A DNA stretch of 64,000 nt from Trueperaceae bacterium. GTDB taxonomy: Bacteria; Deinococcota; Deinococci; Deinococcales; Trueperaceae. Every line of letters starts with the position of its first letter. Positions within the stretch are counted from its first letter, which is position 1. The stretch spans positions 1,088,001 through 1,152,000 of the forward strand of contig CBDCDZ010000004.1 of NCBI GenBank assembly GCA_965215565.1, given 5' to 3'. This document shows, in pieces, positions 31,351 through 41,042 of this stretch. The notes beneath the pieces are model-generated. The model ran no database searches and was not told the origin of the DNA. It saw only the letters and a program-made list of their open reading frames with translations. The translations under genes were made by a program, and so were the position numbers.

Positions 31351-32784
31351 ATGGCACGCCGCCCAACGCTACGCTTCGACAGAGGCACGCTCATCTTGCA
31401 TCCGCCCCCCAAAGGGCGGCGCTGGGTGGAGTTCGCCACGTGGGACGACCGCATCGAGAAGTTCCGGCTGCCCGCGCTAAGCTACCGCAGCTTTTTGGAG
31501 GCGATGCGCAGCGAGGGCACAGACGTCGAGGACAAGGCGCAGGTGTGGGGGACGCTCACGCTTTCCCCTACCGTTTCGATGACGCCTTACGCGCACCAGT
31601 CCGAGGCGTTAGAAGCGTGGAAGAGTGCGGGCAGACGCGGCACCGTCGTCTTGCCGACGGGCGCAGGCAAGACGTACCTTGCCCAGCTCGCGATGGAGGC
31701 CACGCCGCGCAGCACGCTCATCGTCGTGCCGACGCTCGATTTGATGCACCAGTGGTACGCGCAGCTCGTGGCAACGTTCCCCGATGTCGAGGTGGGGCTC
31801 TTGGGTGGCGGCTCCAAAGACCGCTCGCCGGTCCTCGTCGCGACGTACGACAGCGCCGCTATTTTCGCTGAAACTTTGGGCAACCGCTACGGGCTCGTCG
31901 TGTTCGACGAGTGCCACCACCTGCCCTCGGACTTCAAGCGCACCATCGCCGAGTACTCCATCGCCCCCTACCGCTTAGGGTTGAGCGCTACACCCGAACG
32001 CACCGACGGCAAAGACGAAGACTTGCGCACGCTCGTCGGTCCTATCGTCTACCACAAAACGCCCGAAGAACTCGCGGGCGACGCGCTCGCCGAGCACAAA
32101 ATCATCCGCATCGACGTGGAGCTTTCGCAAGCTGAGCGGCTACGCTACGACGAGATGACCGCCAAGCGCAACGCCTTTTTGCAGGAGCGGGGCATCTTTT
32201 TAGGGTCACTGCGCGGCTGGCAGCATTTCGTGCGCGAGAGCGCCCGCTCACAGGCGGGGCGCGCCGCCATGCTCGCGCACCGCGAGGCGCGCTCCATCGC
32301 CTTCGGCACCGAGGGCAAGCTCCGCGTATTGGCTGAGCTATTCACTAAACATCAGAGTGACAGGATGCTGATCTTCACCGACAACAACGCGACGGTCTAC
32401 CGGATTTCCCAGACGTTTTTAGTACCCGCCATCACGCACCAAACGAAGGTCAAGGAGCGGCACGAAACCTTGCAGAAGTTTCGCGAGGGACGCTATCCGC
32501 GCCTCGTCACCTCAAAGGTGCTGAACGAAGGGGTGGACGTGCCCGACGCGAACGTCGCGGTGGTGCTTTCGGGGACGGGGACGACGAGGGAATACGTCCA
32601 GCGGCTCGGACGTATCCTGCGCAAGCGCGAGGGCAAGCTGGCGCTCCTTTACGAAGTCGTCGCGGCGAAGACGAGCGAAGAGGGGGTCTCTAAGCGGCGG
32701 CGCGAGCGTCCGCAGCGCCAGAACCCCACCGTCACGGGCGAGCGCATCGGGACCCAGGACAGCCTGGACTTCGAGGACCTGTAG
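31351..32784 (+). CDS. SF2 DExH helicase, XPB/SSL2-like
   Basis: LPTGAGKT, DECHH, LGLSATPER, VLNEGVDVP, QRLGRILR; TGCTACGCT 6 nt upstream of ATG. Confidence 0.9.
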   Translation: MARRPTLRFDRGTLILHPPPKGRRWVEFATWDDRIEKFRLPALSYRSFLEAMRSEGTDVEDKAQVWGTLTLSPTVSMTPYAHQSEALEAWKSAGRRGTVVLPTGAGKTYLAQLAMEATPRSTLIVVPTLDLMHQWYAQLVATFPDVEVGLLGGGSKDRSPVLVATYDSAAIFAETLGNRYGLVVFDECHHLPSDFKRTIAEYSIAPYRLGLSATPERTDGKDEDLRTLVGPIVYHKTPEELAGDALAEHKIIRIDVELSQAERLRYDEMTAKRNAFLQERGIFLGSLRGWQHFVRESARSQAGRAAMLAHREARSIAFGTEGKLRVLAELFTKHQSDRMLIFTDNNATVYRISQTFLVPAITHQTKVKERHETLQKFREGRYPRLVTSKVLNEGVDVPDANVAVVLSGTGTTREYVQRLGRILRKREGKLALLYEVVAAKTSEEGVSKRRRERPQRQNPTVTGERIGTQDSLDFEDL

Positions 32785-34013
32785 TGCTGCCGAGCCAACT
32801 TCTCATGCACCGCTACAAGGGCGACGAAGTGGTCCCCAAACGCTTGCCGCTCGACGACAAGCACAAGCAGATGGCGGCGGACGCCACCGCTATTTTCGAA
32901 CGTTGCGTTGGACACAAGCGCGGCGAGTTGGAGGAGCAGTTGCAACTTTTAGAGGGGACGGAGACGGACTACCGCGTCAAACGCGGACTCGTTCACCTCT
33001 TGCACGGCTTCGCGGACTTTGAGACGCTCAGCCCGTTGGAGCCCGAGCGGTTGCGCGAACTCGTCTTTGCAACTTCAGCGCCGAGATTACCGAGTCAAGA
33101 AACGACGCGACACGTCGTCGTGGATGTAGCCGAGAGGTTGAGCGTGGAGCTGGAGCGCGCCGTTCTTGCCGAGCAGGTAGAAGCGGGCTTGTACGCGGAT
33201 TTGCTCGAGAATCAAACCCTCGTCTCCTTCGACGCGCCCGCGCCCGAGACCCTGCTGCACCGCTACAACCTCTCGCAAGCGCAAGGCGTCTTGTACCGCG
33301 CCAGCGACATCGTCATCACGGCGTACCGCAACGACCCCGGCGAGTACAAGCAGCTCTTCAAATTTCTTAAACTCTTCGGGCTGATGAGCTACATCGAAGG
33401 CGACGCCGAACACGGCTTTACGATTACCATTGACGGACCCGACAGCCTCTTCAAACCCTCGACGCGCTACGGCACCGACTTAGCCAAGTTCTTACCCGCC
33501 CTGTTACAGGTCAGCCGCTGGCACATGGAGGCGACGCTCGCGCCGCGCCAGACCTATGAGGGCGTGCCCGCCGAAGCGCGCTTCTCGCTGGACGACACCT
33601 GCGGGCTCGTCTCTCACTACAAGCGCGGCAAGACCTACGACAGCGTGGTGGAGGAATCCTTCGCGAAGCGCTGGGGCAAGACGCAGACCGACTGGAAGTT
33701 GGAGCGCGAAGTCGAGCTGGTGAGCGTCCCCGGCAGCGTGATGGTCCCGGACTTCCGCTTAGTCCACCCCGACGGGAGAACGTGCCTCTTGGAGATCGTC
33801 GGCTACTGGCGTCCCGAATACCTCAAGAAGAAGTTCGCGCAGGTCAAAAAATCGCTGCGCGACGACCTCGTTTTAGCCATCTCCGAGCGGCTGAATTTAG
33901 GCGCGGCGGGGATCAAACTAGAGGACATCCCTGCGAAGATCGTCTGGTTCAAGGGTAAGGTCAACCCGAAAGATGTGTTGGAAGCAATCGGTTTAGACAC
34001 CTTCACCTCTTAG
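32784..34013 (+). CDS. DUF790 family / Bax1-like PD-(D/E)xK nuclease
   Basis: LYADL, LLHRYNLSQAQGVLY, DGPDSLF...RYG, VPDF...LEIVGYW; overlaps helicase stop. Confidence 0.85.
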   Translation: MLPSQLLMHRYKGDEVVPKRLPLDDKHKQMAADATAIFERCVGHKRGELEEQLQLLEGTETDYRVKRGLVHLLHGFADFETLSPLEPERLRELVFATSAPRLPSQETTRHVVVDVAERLSVELERAVLAEQVEAGLYADLLENQTLVSFDAPAPETLLHRYNLSQAQGVLYRASDIVITAYRNDPGEYKQLFKFLKLFGLMSYIEGDAEHGFTITIDGPDSLFKPSTRYGTDLAKFLPALLQVSRWHMEATLAPRQTYEGVPAEARFSLDDTCGLVSHYKRGKTYDSVVEESFAKRWGKTQTDWKLEREVELVSVPGSVMVPDFRLVHPDGRTCLLEIVGYWRPEYLKKKFAQVKKSLRDDLVLAISERLNLGAAGIKLEDIPAKIVWFKGKVNPKDVLEAIGLDTFTS

Positions 34014-34058
34014 CGCCTATCACCTCTTCAACCTGTTACCTCTTCAACTGTCACCCCT

Positions 34059-35108
34059 TCAACCCGCCACCTCTTCAAGGAGTGCCCGCCCCGCCGCTGC
34101 CACCTCACGCGGAGGGATGTCCAAGCATTCCAAGTTGTAGGGGCACTCGAAGGCGTAGCAGGGTCTACACGAGGTCACGCGGTGCAGGAGCCGAAAGCGC
34201 GTCGCCCTGGGCTGCCACTGGCGGGGCAACTCGGTTCCTGCAAACAGCACGACGAGAGGCGTGCGGGTAGCGTCAGCAAGGTGCATCACCGAGGTGTTGG
34301 GGGTCAGGACGAGCGCGGCATTTTTGACGAGCGCGGCGAGCGTTGGGAGGTCGGTTTTACCCATGAGGTCGCGGGCGCGTTTCCCCAACATATCGAAGAG
34401 AGGTTGGCTGCGTGCTCGGTCTTTCTCGACGCCTGTAATGGCAACAGGTAAACCTGTTTCTTTGGAGAGCATAAGGACAGCTTCGGCAAAGCGGTGCACG
34501 TCGTAGTTGCGCGAGGGGCAGCTCGTCCAAGGGTTGAGCAAGAGGTAGGGCTCGGTGAGGAGCGAATGGGCATTCTCCTCAGCTCCATTCGGGACGTGAA
34601 CCTCCAACTGCCTATCCACAGCGTGAAACCCTACGGATTCCACCAAGTGCAGGTTCCGCTCCACCTGATGCGCCGTATCGGACAGCGGCGTGACCTCGTG
34701 GCTCAAAACGCCGCCGCCCCACTCCTTGGACTCGCCGACGCGCAGTGGAATACCCGCGAGGTAGCAGGCGTACGCTGCCGGGTGCGGCGTCTGCTTAAAA
34801 GAGGTGAAGATGATAGCGGCGTCGAAGCGCCCTTCGCGCAAGAGGTCGATGAAGTCCAACTCGCGCTGTGAATCGAACTCCAAGCGCCCCAGGTCCTGCC
34901 ACAGCGTGCGCCAGGAGATGACCTCATCCACCCGAGGCAAGAGCGGCGCGGTTTTAGCTCCAGCGGGGCTCGCTAAGAGGGTGAGGTGCGCGTCAGGTGA
35001 GGTTTTCTTGATGGCGCGTAAGGCAGGTCCAATCATCACCACGTCGCCCATATTGTCCAGGCGCACGGCGAGGATGCGTTTGGCGTCGCGCCAAGAGGAT
35101 GAGGTCAT
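34059..35108 (-). CDS. Glycosyltransferase family 9 (heptosyltransferase-like)
   Basis: RILAVRLDNMGDVVM, NTSVMHLADA, Cys-rich tail CRPC..C..C. Confidence 0.9.
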   Translation of the reverse strand: MTSSSWRDAKRILAVRLDNMGDVVMIGPALRAIKKTSPDAHLTLLASPAGAKTAPLLPRVDEVISWRTLWQDLGRLEFDSQRELDFIDLLREGRFDAAIIFTSFKQTPHPAAYACYLAGIPLRVGESKEWGGGVLSHEVTPLSDTAHQVERNLHLVESVGFHAVDRQLEVHVPNGAEENAHSLLTEPYLLLNPWTSCPSRNYDVHRFAEAVLMLSKETGLPVAITGVEKDRARSQPLFDMLGKRARDLMGKTDLPTLAALVKNAALVLTPNTSVMHLADATRTPLVVLFAGTELPRQWQPRATRFRLLHRVTSCRPCYAFECPYNLECLDIPPREVAAAGRALLEEVAG

Positions 35109-36103
35109 GCGGACTCCAGAAGGGCTCGAGCCTCCCCTAAGACCTCTTCCACCGAAAGGGTCTCCAAACAGGTATCGAAACCCAATCCCAATGGACACAC
35201 GCCCGCGTACCAGCAGGCCTGCTCGGTGAAGTTAGCAGGCACGCGCTCCGGGCAGTTTGGATAACCCTGCATGTTTACGTGCGGCGGCGCTTGACCGTAG
35301 CGCCCTACCCAAGAGGGTCCGAAGAGCGTGATAGTGGGTGTGCCGACAGCGGCGGCGATGCGGGCGGGACCCGTGTCAACGGCGATCATAAGGTTGCCAT
35401 AGGTGAGCGCGGCGGCGAGTTCACGTAAACTACCGGTCCGGTGAAGTGCGTTCAATTCCTTAGCGACGCTTGCAGCGTCCTTACCCAAACCAACAACGAT
35501 GAGATTCGCCCTGCAGACCTCTTGTAAGCACCGCCCTAGAGTGACGAATCGCCCTGGCGGCCACGCCTTGATCTTCATGCCCGCTTCGGGGCAGAGGAAG
35601 ACTAGGGGGTGGGAGAGTGGCTCGAGCCCCCCTTCCGCCTCCCTCCGCGCCGCCTCACCTACAAAGAGGTGCGGCGTCGGATCAGCCTCGCCGATAATCC
35701 CGTCTGATTGCAAAAGTTGCACGAAACGCTCGCCGACGCGCGCGTCATCCGGCGGGTTGCGCCAGAGGTTTGTCACCGTTCGCGTTCCGTGCGTGTTGCT
35801 GTACGCCCCCAACATCTCAGCAATACCGCTGTGGTTCGTATCCGAGACGATGAGGTCAAAAGGGGCGTTGTAAGAGGTGTCCAGCACCTTTTGTACGGCT
35901 CGAGCCGGATCACCCTTATCCGCATAGAAAACGTTACTGATCTGCGGGTCGTCCGCTAAGAGTTCACCGCCCGGCGCGAAAGTCAGGACGGACAATTCAG
36001 CTTTTGGATAGGTACGAGCGAGCGCGTGAACCGCAGGCAGCGCGATGATGAGGTCGCCGATGCCGCCCAGCAGTTCGACAAAGAGAATACGTTTAGAATT
36101 CAT
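35105..36103 (-). CDS. Glycosyltransferase family 9
   Basis: GGIGDLI, DTGPARIAAAVGTP. Confidence 0.88.
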   Translation of the reverse strand: MNSKRILFVELLGGIGDLIIALPAVHALARTYPKAELSVLTFAPGGELLADDPQISNVFYADKGDPARAVQKVLDTSYNAPFDLIVSDTNHSGIAEMLGAYSNTHGTRTVTNLWRNPPDDARVGERFVQLLQSDGIIGEADPTPHLFVGEAARREAEGGLEPLSHPLVFLCPEAGMKIKAWPPGRFVTLGRCLQEVCRANLIVVGLGKDAASVAKELNALHRTGSLRELAAALTYGNLMIAVDTGPARIAAAVGTPTITLFGPSWVGRYGQAPPHVNMQGYPNCPERVPANFTEQACWYAGVCPLGLGFDTCLETLSVEEVLGEARALLESA

Positions 36104-36903
36104 TATACGTCCACGGGCAAAACCTGCGGCGCATCTACCCGCCTATCCGTGACGGTCGTCGGCAACTCCTGATGGTACACGCCCGAAGGCATCACGCCGC
36201 AGCCGCCATACCGCGCCATCACGCGGAGTTGCGCCAGTACGTCCTCGCCCGCGTGCTCGGGCGGTAAGTCTTGCCAAAAGCTGAAACCGCCTACGTCTAA
36301 GAGCTTGTGTCTATCAAAGAGCACGCAGCCCGACGCCCACGCGAGTTTGTAGAGGATGGGGTTCTCTGGGGTCGCACCCAACCGCTCTTGCACGTGAAGC
36401 AAGTTCGCCGCGTTGTGAAGCTTAAAGCGCCACCAAGCGTCGCTCTCAGACGTGACGCGCTCGGATTGAATAGGACCTCTCCACAGCTCGACCTCTTGCT
36501 CATGAGGTCTCTCGTCGTCCTTGAACGACAAACCGATAAAGGCGTTTGTGACGAAGCCGCAGCTTTGCTCCGTGAGGACGCGCTCTAAGAGGCCCAGCAC
36601 CCAAGGTTCTAAGAGCACGTCGTCATCCAGCATCAGCACGTGAGGGGCAGACGCCTGCTCCAAGAGGAACTGCCGCTGCTCCGCGACGCCGCGCTTAGGC
36701 AAGTGGCGGTGACATTGGACGGGGACACCCCGATATTCCAACCACCGCACCACCGCCTGCACCTCGCCCCGCTCGAACACGCTCGCCTCGCTCTGGTCGG
36801 AGAGGATGACGCGGAAGTCCTCATAAGTTTGAGTTGCCAGCGTCGCTAGGGTCGCGGCGAGGGCGGCTGGGCGCTCGCAGGTGGGAATGAGTACGTCAAT
36901 CAC
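36103..36903 (-). CDS. Glycosyltransferase family 2
   Basis: IDVLIPTCER, LDDD, GED; GTG start overlapping upstream TGA. Confidence 0.85.
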   Translation of the reverse strand: MIDVLIPTCERPAALAATLATLATQTYEDFRVILSDQSEASVFERGEVQAVVRWLEYRGVPVQCHRHLPKRGVAEQRQFLLEQASAPHVLMLDDDVLLEPWVLGLLERVLTEQSCGFVTNAFIGLSFKDDERPHEQEVELWRGPIQSERVTSESDAWWRFKLHNAANLLHVQERLGATPENPILYKLAWASGCVLFDRHKLLDVGGFSFWQDLPPEHAGEDVLAQLRVMARYGGCGVMPSGVYHQELPTTVTDRRVDAPQVLPVDV

Positions 36904-38039
36904 GCTCTCACCTCTTGTCGTGCTCCGGTCTGCCCTACTCCGCTTAGAATCACAGGCGCGTAGTTCAGCGGCGAAGAGGTCTCTAAAAGTTCCCGCACCG
37001 CCGCCGCCACGCGCTCCGGCTCCACCCAGTGCAAGCAGCCGTTGTGTCCTTCCGGGCAGACCGACTTCAAGCAGAAGCGGCACGGCACGTCCTCGAAGAG
37101 CACGCGGCTAGGCACGCCCCACGGCGTGTGCTGCGCGTTGGTGAGGGCGTAGAGGTCTACGACGCTCGTACCGACGGCTGCCGCTAAGTGAACGGGGCCG
37201 GTATTGTTCGCAAGTAGCAAGGGGGCGCGTTCTAACAGGGCGGCGAGTTGGGGTAACTCGAGCCCCCCCGCCAAGTTATGCGAAAAGCTCGAATACGAAG
37301 GGCTCATCCGCGCCTGAATCTCAGTGATAAGTTCTCGTTCATTCTGTGAGCCCGTAAAGACGAGTTGGAGACCCAAACGCGCCAGCATGTCGCACGCGAG
37401 CGCGAACTTCTCGGGTGGATAGCGGCGCGATTCGGCGCTCGCACCAGGATGGACGGCGATCCAGTTGTGAAGCTCGAGCGGTGCTAAAAGTTCGTCTACA
37501 TATCCCCGTGACCTCTCGGACACCTCCACCCGCATCCGCTCGTCTTCTACTTCGTACCCGACACTCGCCACCAAGTCGAGCTGGCGGCGCACCTCGTGGC
37601 GAACGCCCGCCACCTCTTCTACATCGCGGACCCAATGCGTGAGGAGTTGGTACGGGTTCTCGCGGCAGTGGGCGAGGCGCAAGGGAATGTCGGCGAGGTA
37701 GAGCGTCAGAGCGGTAGGGAGCGGGTTTTGGGTATAGGTGGTGAAAATCACGGCGGCGTCAAAACGGTGAGAACGCAGCGTCTCGATAAAGTCTAGCTCG
37801 AGCCTGCTGTCCTCACGCGCCGCCGTCGCTTTGAGCCACGGCGCGTCGTAGACCATGACCTCGTCCACCTCTAAAAGTTTGGCGGCGGCTTCGCCTCTCG
37901 AGGAGGTCAGCAGCGTCACGTGTGCCCCTCCCTCTCCCAACGCTCGGATAGCGGGTCCCGTCATCAGCACGTCGCCCAAGGTGTCGAGCCGCACGGCGAG
38001 GATGCGCTCAGGTAAAGAGGGTGCGTTCCAGGCTCGCAT
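36900..38039 (-). CDS. Glycosyltransferase family 9 (heptosyltransferase II-like)
   Basis: AVRLDTLGDVLM, HPGASAESRRYP, NTGPVHLAAAVG. Confidence 0.9.
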   Translation of the reverse strand: MRAWNAPSLPERILAVRLDTLGDVLMTGPAIRALGEGGAHVTLLTSSRGEAAAKLLEVDEVMVYDAPWLKATAAREDSRLELDFIETLRSHRFDAAVIFTTYTQNPLPTALTLYLADIPLRLAHCRENPYQLLTHWVRDVEEVAGVRHEVRRQLDLVASVGYEVEDERMRVEVSERSRGYVDELLAPLELHNWIAVHPGASAESRRYPPEKFALACDMLARLGLQLVFTGSQNERELITEIQARMSPSYSSFSHNLAGGLELPQLAALLERAPLLLANNTGPVHLAAAVGTSVVDLYALTNAQHTPWGVPSRVLFEDVPCRFCLKSVCPEGHNGCLHWVEPERVAAAVRELLETSSPLNYAPVILSGVGQTGARQEVRA

Positions 38040-39506
38040 TCAGTCCGCCCCGAGCGCCCTGCCCGCGCCCGTCTTGACCCTAGCGATGATGTCGCTCGTG
38101 GAGAGGTCGGGCAGGTACGTAAGGAGTTCGACGCGCCCGCCTAGCGACTGGACTAAGGGCGCTTCGGGCAGTGTCTCGAGGGTGTAGTCGCCCCCTTTAA
38201 CGTACACGTCGGGCTTGACTAAGAGGATGAGGTCTTCAGGCGTGTCCTCTTCGAAGGAAACGACGTGGTCCACGCACGACAAGCCCGAAAGGACGGCGGC
38301 GCGGTCCTCCAAGGTGTTCACAGGTCTCGTCGCGCCTTTAAGCCGCCGCACGCTCTCGTCGGCGTTGAGCCCCACCACGAGCACATCGCCCAGCGCCTTG
38401 GCTTGGCTCAGGTAGGTGACGTGCCCCCGGTGTAAGAGGTCGAAGCAGCCGTTCGTGAAGACGACGCGCCGTCCCTCGGAACGTAGATAATCTATACGAG
38501 CTAAAAGGCTTTCTAAAGGCAACCGCTTCGAAACACCCGAGAGGTAGCCGCGCAACTCGCGCTCGGGGCAGGTGGTGGTGCCGCCGCGCCCGACGACGAT
38601 GGCTGCTGCTGCCGCCGCGATCTCCACCGCCCCTATCGGCTCCGCGCCGCTTGCCAAAGCGAGCGTAAGGGCGCTCACGAAGGTGTCGCCCGCGCCCGTC
38701 GCTTGAGTGTTGGGCTGCGCTCTAGCGTAGGTGCGATACGGCGGACCACCTTCTTGAACGAGGACGCAGCCTTCGGTGTCGAGGGTCAGGGCGACGAGGT
38801 CAGCGCCGCTGCGCTCTAAGAGGGCGCTTGCGTAGGGACCCAGTTGTTCCGCCCGTCCTTCAGCTTGCGGGGCGAGCCGTAAGAGACGCACCGCTTCCTC
38901 GTAATTGGGCTTCGCCGCCCTGACGCCAACCTCTTTATAGCGACTTAGGTCTTTCGCGTCGGCAACAAGGACTTTTGGCTCTGACCTGTGAAGACGCTTG
39001 AGCGTTTCCAGCACTCCGTCTGTCAGTACACCGTAGCCGTAGTCCGAGATAATGACGGCGTCGTGAAACTGCCAGTGGGACTCGAGCCTCTTAACAAGCT
39101 CCCGCTCAGCCGCCCCCGTGACCTCTTGCGTGCTGCCTCTATCCAAGCGCAGCAACATCTGCGAGCCAGCAAAGACGCGCTCCTTGACGAGCGTGCGCCG
39201 CGCCGAGTCTCTGACGAGGTGAGAGGTGACGCCGTAGGGCTCCAGCGCTTCTACCAATCCCTGCGCGTCGTCATCGTCCCCCGTGACGGATAAGAAGGTC
39301 ACGCTCGCCCCTAACGCTGCCGCATTCACCGCCGCGTTCGCCGCGCCGCCTGCGACGCCCGCCCGCCGCGTCTCCGCTACGACGGGCACCGGAGCCTCGC
39401 GGCAGAGCCGGTGCGTCTCGCCGTAGACGTAGCGGTCCAACATCGCCTCGCCGACAACGAGGACGCGGCGGTGGCGAAAGTGCTCGAGTAGATTTAGATG
39501 GTTCAT
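38040..39506 (-). CDS. hldE: Bifunctional heptose-7-phosphate kinase / heptose-1-phosphate adenylyltransferase
   Basis: EAPVPV, GGAANAA, SDYGYG, TGAGDT, VFTNGCFDLLHRGH, YVKGGDY. Confidence 0.92.
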   Translation of the reverse strand: MNHLNLLEHFRHRRVLVVGEAMLDRYVYGETHRLCREAPVPVVAETRRAGVAGGAANAAVNAAALGASVTFLSVTGDDDDAQGLVEALEPYGVTSHLVRDSARRTLVKERVFAGSQMLLRLDRGSTQEVTGAAERELVKRLESHWQFHDAVIISDYGYGVLTDGVLETLKRLHRSEPKVLVADAKDLSRYKEVGVRAAKPNYEEAVRLLRLAPQAEGRAEQLGPYASALLERSGADLVALTLDTEGCVLVQEGGPPYRTYARAQPNTQATGAGDTFVSALTLALASGAEPIGAVEIAAAAAAIVVGRGGTTTCPERELRGYLSGVSKRLPLESLLARIDYLRSEGRRVVFTNGCFDLLHRGHVTYLSQAKALGDVLVVGLNADESVRRLKGATRPVNTLEDRAAVLSGLSCVDHVVSFEEDTPEDLILLVKPDVYVKGGDYTLETLPEAPLVQSLGGRVELLTYLPDLSTSDIIARVKTGAGRALGAD

Positions 39507-39584
39507 GCTCTCCCCCTAAAGAGGCTAGTCAGTGCATTAGCAAGTCAGCATTTCAGCAAGTCAGCATTTCAGCCAGTCAGCGCG

Positions 39585-40211
39585 TCAGGAAAACCTGAAA
39601 TGCTGACCCAGGTCAAGGCTAAGAACCTTTGAGCTTTGCTCTAACCTACGCTGAAGTGCTGACAGGCTCAAAATAACTTCAGTGGCTTCCGCTAACGTAT
39701 CCACGGTGTGATGCGGCAACCGCTCGAGGCTCAAATCCCACTCCGTCTCGCCCCCGCCATCTAAAAGAACTGTTCTACACCCTGCCCGCCGCCCAGCCTC
39801 TACGTCGTTCAAGATGTCGCCTATCATCCAACTTTGCGAGAGGTCTAAGCTGTGTTCTTTCGCCGCCCCGAGTAACATCCCCGGCTCCGGCTTACGGCAA
39901 CTACACCGAATGTCATAAGGTGCGTCACCTTCAGGATGATGCGGGCAGTAGTAGACCGAGAAAGGAACGCCTAACAGCTCGCGGAGTTTCGCCCACACCA
40001 CCCCTAAATCTGCCTCCTCGAAGTAGCCCCGCGCCACCCCAGACTGATTCGACACGACGACGAGCGCGAAGCCCGCCGCGTGCAGCTTGCGCACCCCGTC
40101 CGCCGCCCCCTCGGTCAAAACGACGCGCGAAGGGTCCACGTTATAAGGCACATCTTGAACGAGCGTCCCATCCTTGTCGAGAAAGATAGCTGGCTGTAGG
40201 TTTCTACTCAT
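39585..40211 (-). CDS. gmhB: D,D-heptose 1,7-bisphosphate phosphatase (HAD-IIIA)
   Basis: FLDKDGTL, VSNQSG, YCPHHP, CSCRKPEPG, WMIGD. Confidence 0.88.
   Translation of the reverse strand: MSRNLQPAIFLDKDGTLVQDVPYNVDPSRVVLTEGAADGVRKLHAAGFALVVVSNQSGVARGYFEEADLGVVWAKLRELLGVPFSVYYCPHHPEGDAPYDIRCSCRKPEPGMLLGAAKEHSLDLSQSWMIGDILNDVEAGRRAGCRTVLLDGGGETEWDLSLERLPHHTVDTLAEATEVILSLSALQRRLEQSSKVLSLDLGQHFRFS
39610..39647 (+). repeat. Copy of 39-bp repeat also found at 63817-63895
   Basis: AGGTCAAGGCTAAGAACCTTTGAGCTTTGCTCTAACCT vs AGGTGAAGGCTAAGAGCCTAGTGAGCTTTGCTCTAACCT. Confidence 0.7.
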
Positions 40212-40224
40212 TGCTCGTTGCTGT

Positions 40225-40950
40225 TTAAGGCCATGACGTCTCCCGCATCGGTAACACAGTCAACTCGGGAACAACCGTCCCCTCGGGCTGCGTCAGGGCG
40301 AAAAGCACTGCTTTGGCGACGTTTTCGGGCGCTTGGAGCACGCCGGGGTCGGTGTCGGGGAAGCGGTCCATGATGAAGGGCGTGCGCATCCCGCCTGCGA
40401 CGACGGCGGTGACGCGCACGTTGCAAGGACGCGCCTCGACGTGCAGGGCGTGGGAGAGACCTAAAAGCCCCCACTTCGAGGCGTGGTACGCCGAGGCGTT
40501 CGCCCAGGTGCGCTTCGCCGCTGTGGAGCTTATATTGATGATGCTGCCGCCGCGCCCTTTCATGAGGGGCAGCGCGAGCTTGGAGAGCACGAAGGGCGCG
40601 CGCAGGTTGACCTCTTGCACGCGGTCCCAGTCATCTAAGCTCAGTTCCTCTATGGACACTGTGATGTCGGTGCCCGCGTTGTTGATTAGGGTGTCGAGCT
40701 GACCGTAGCGCTCCACGATATCGTTCACGACACGCTCTGCTTGTGCGTCGTCGCGCACGTCGAGGTGGATAGGCTGCGCGTCCAACCCCTCCTCTTGCAG
40801 TGCGCTCGTCACCTTCTCGGCGTTGTCCAAATTGATGTCGGCGCAGACCACCCGTGCGCCCGCCGCCGCCAGGGTGCGACACAGCGCCGCGCCGAGCCCG
40901 CTGCCACCGCCGGTGATGAGGGTGACTTGTCCTGTAAGTTCGTCTGCCAT
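40225..40950 (-). CDS. Classical SDR oxidoreductase
   Basis: TGGGSGLG, NNAG, YHASK. Confidence 0.92.
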   Translation of the reverse strand: MADELTGQVTLITGGGSGLGAALCRTLAAAGARVVCADINLDNAEKVTSALQEEGLDAQPIHLDVRDDAQAERVVNDIVERYGQLDTLINNAGTDITVSIEELSLDDWDRVQEVNLRAPFVLSKLALPLMKGRGGSIINISSTAAKRTWANASAYHASKWGLLGLSHALHVEARPCNVRVTAVVAGGMRTPFIMDRFPDTDPGVLQAPENVAKAVLFALTQPEGTVVPELTVLPMRETSWP

Positions 40951-41042
40951 ATCGTTCTCCTCGTTCTGTTTCGCGTTTGAAATCCGTTCGCTATTCCTAC
41001 TTCTTACTTCTCAATTTCTACTTCTCGCTTCTTACTTCACAT

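Noticed and set aside
34002..34078. Short tandem CACCTCTTCAAC-like repeats; CTTCTTA-like repeats near 40995-41040; in-frame duplications at 22752-22793 and 42940-42968
   Set aside because: Simple slippage-type repeats with no evidence for a function.
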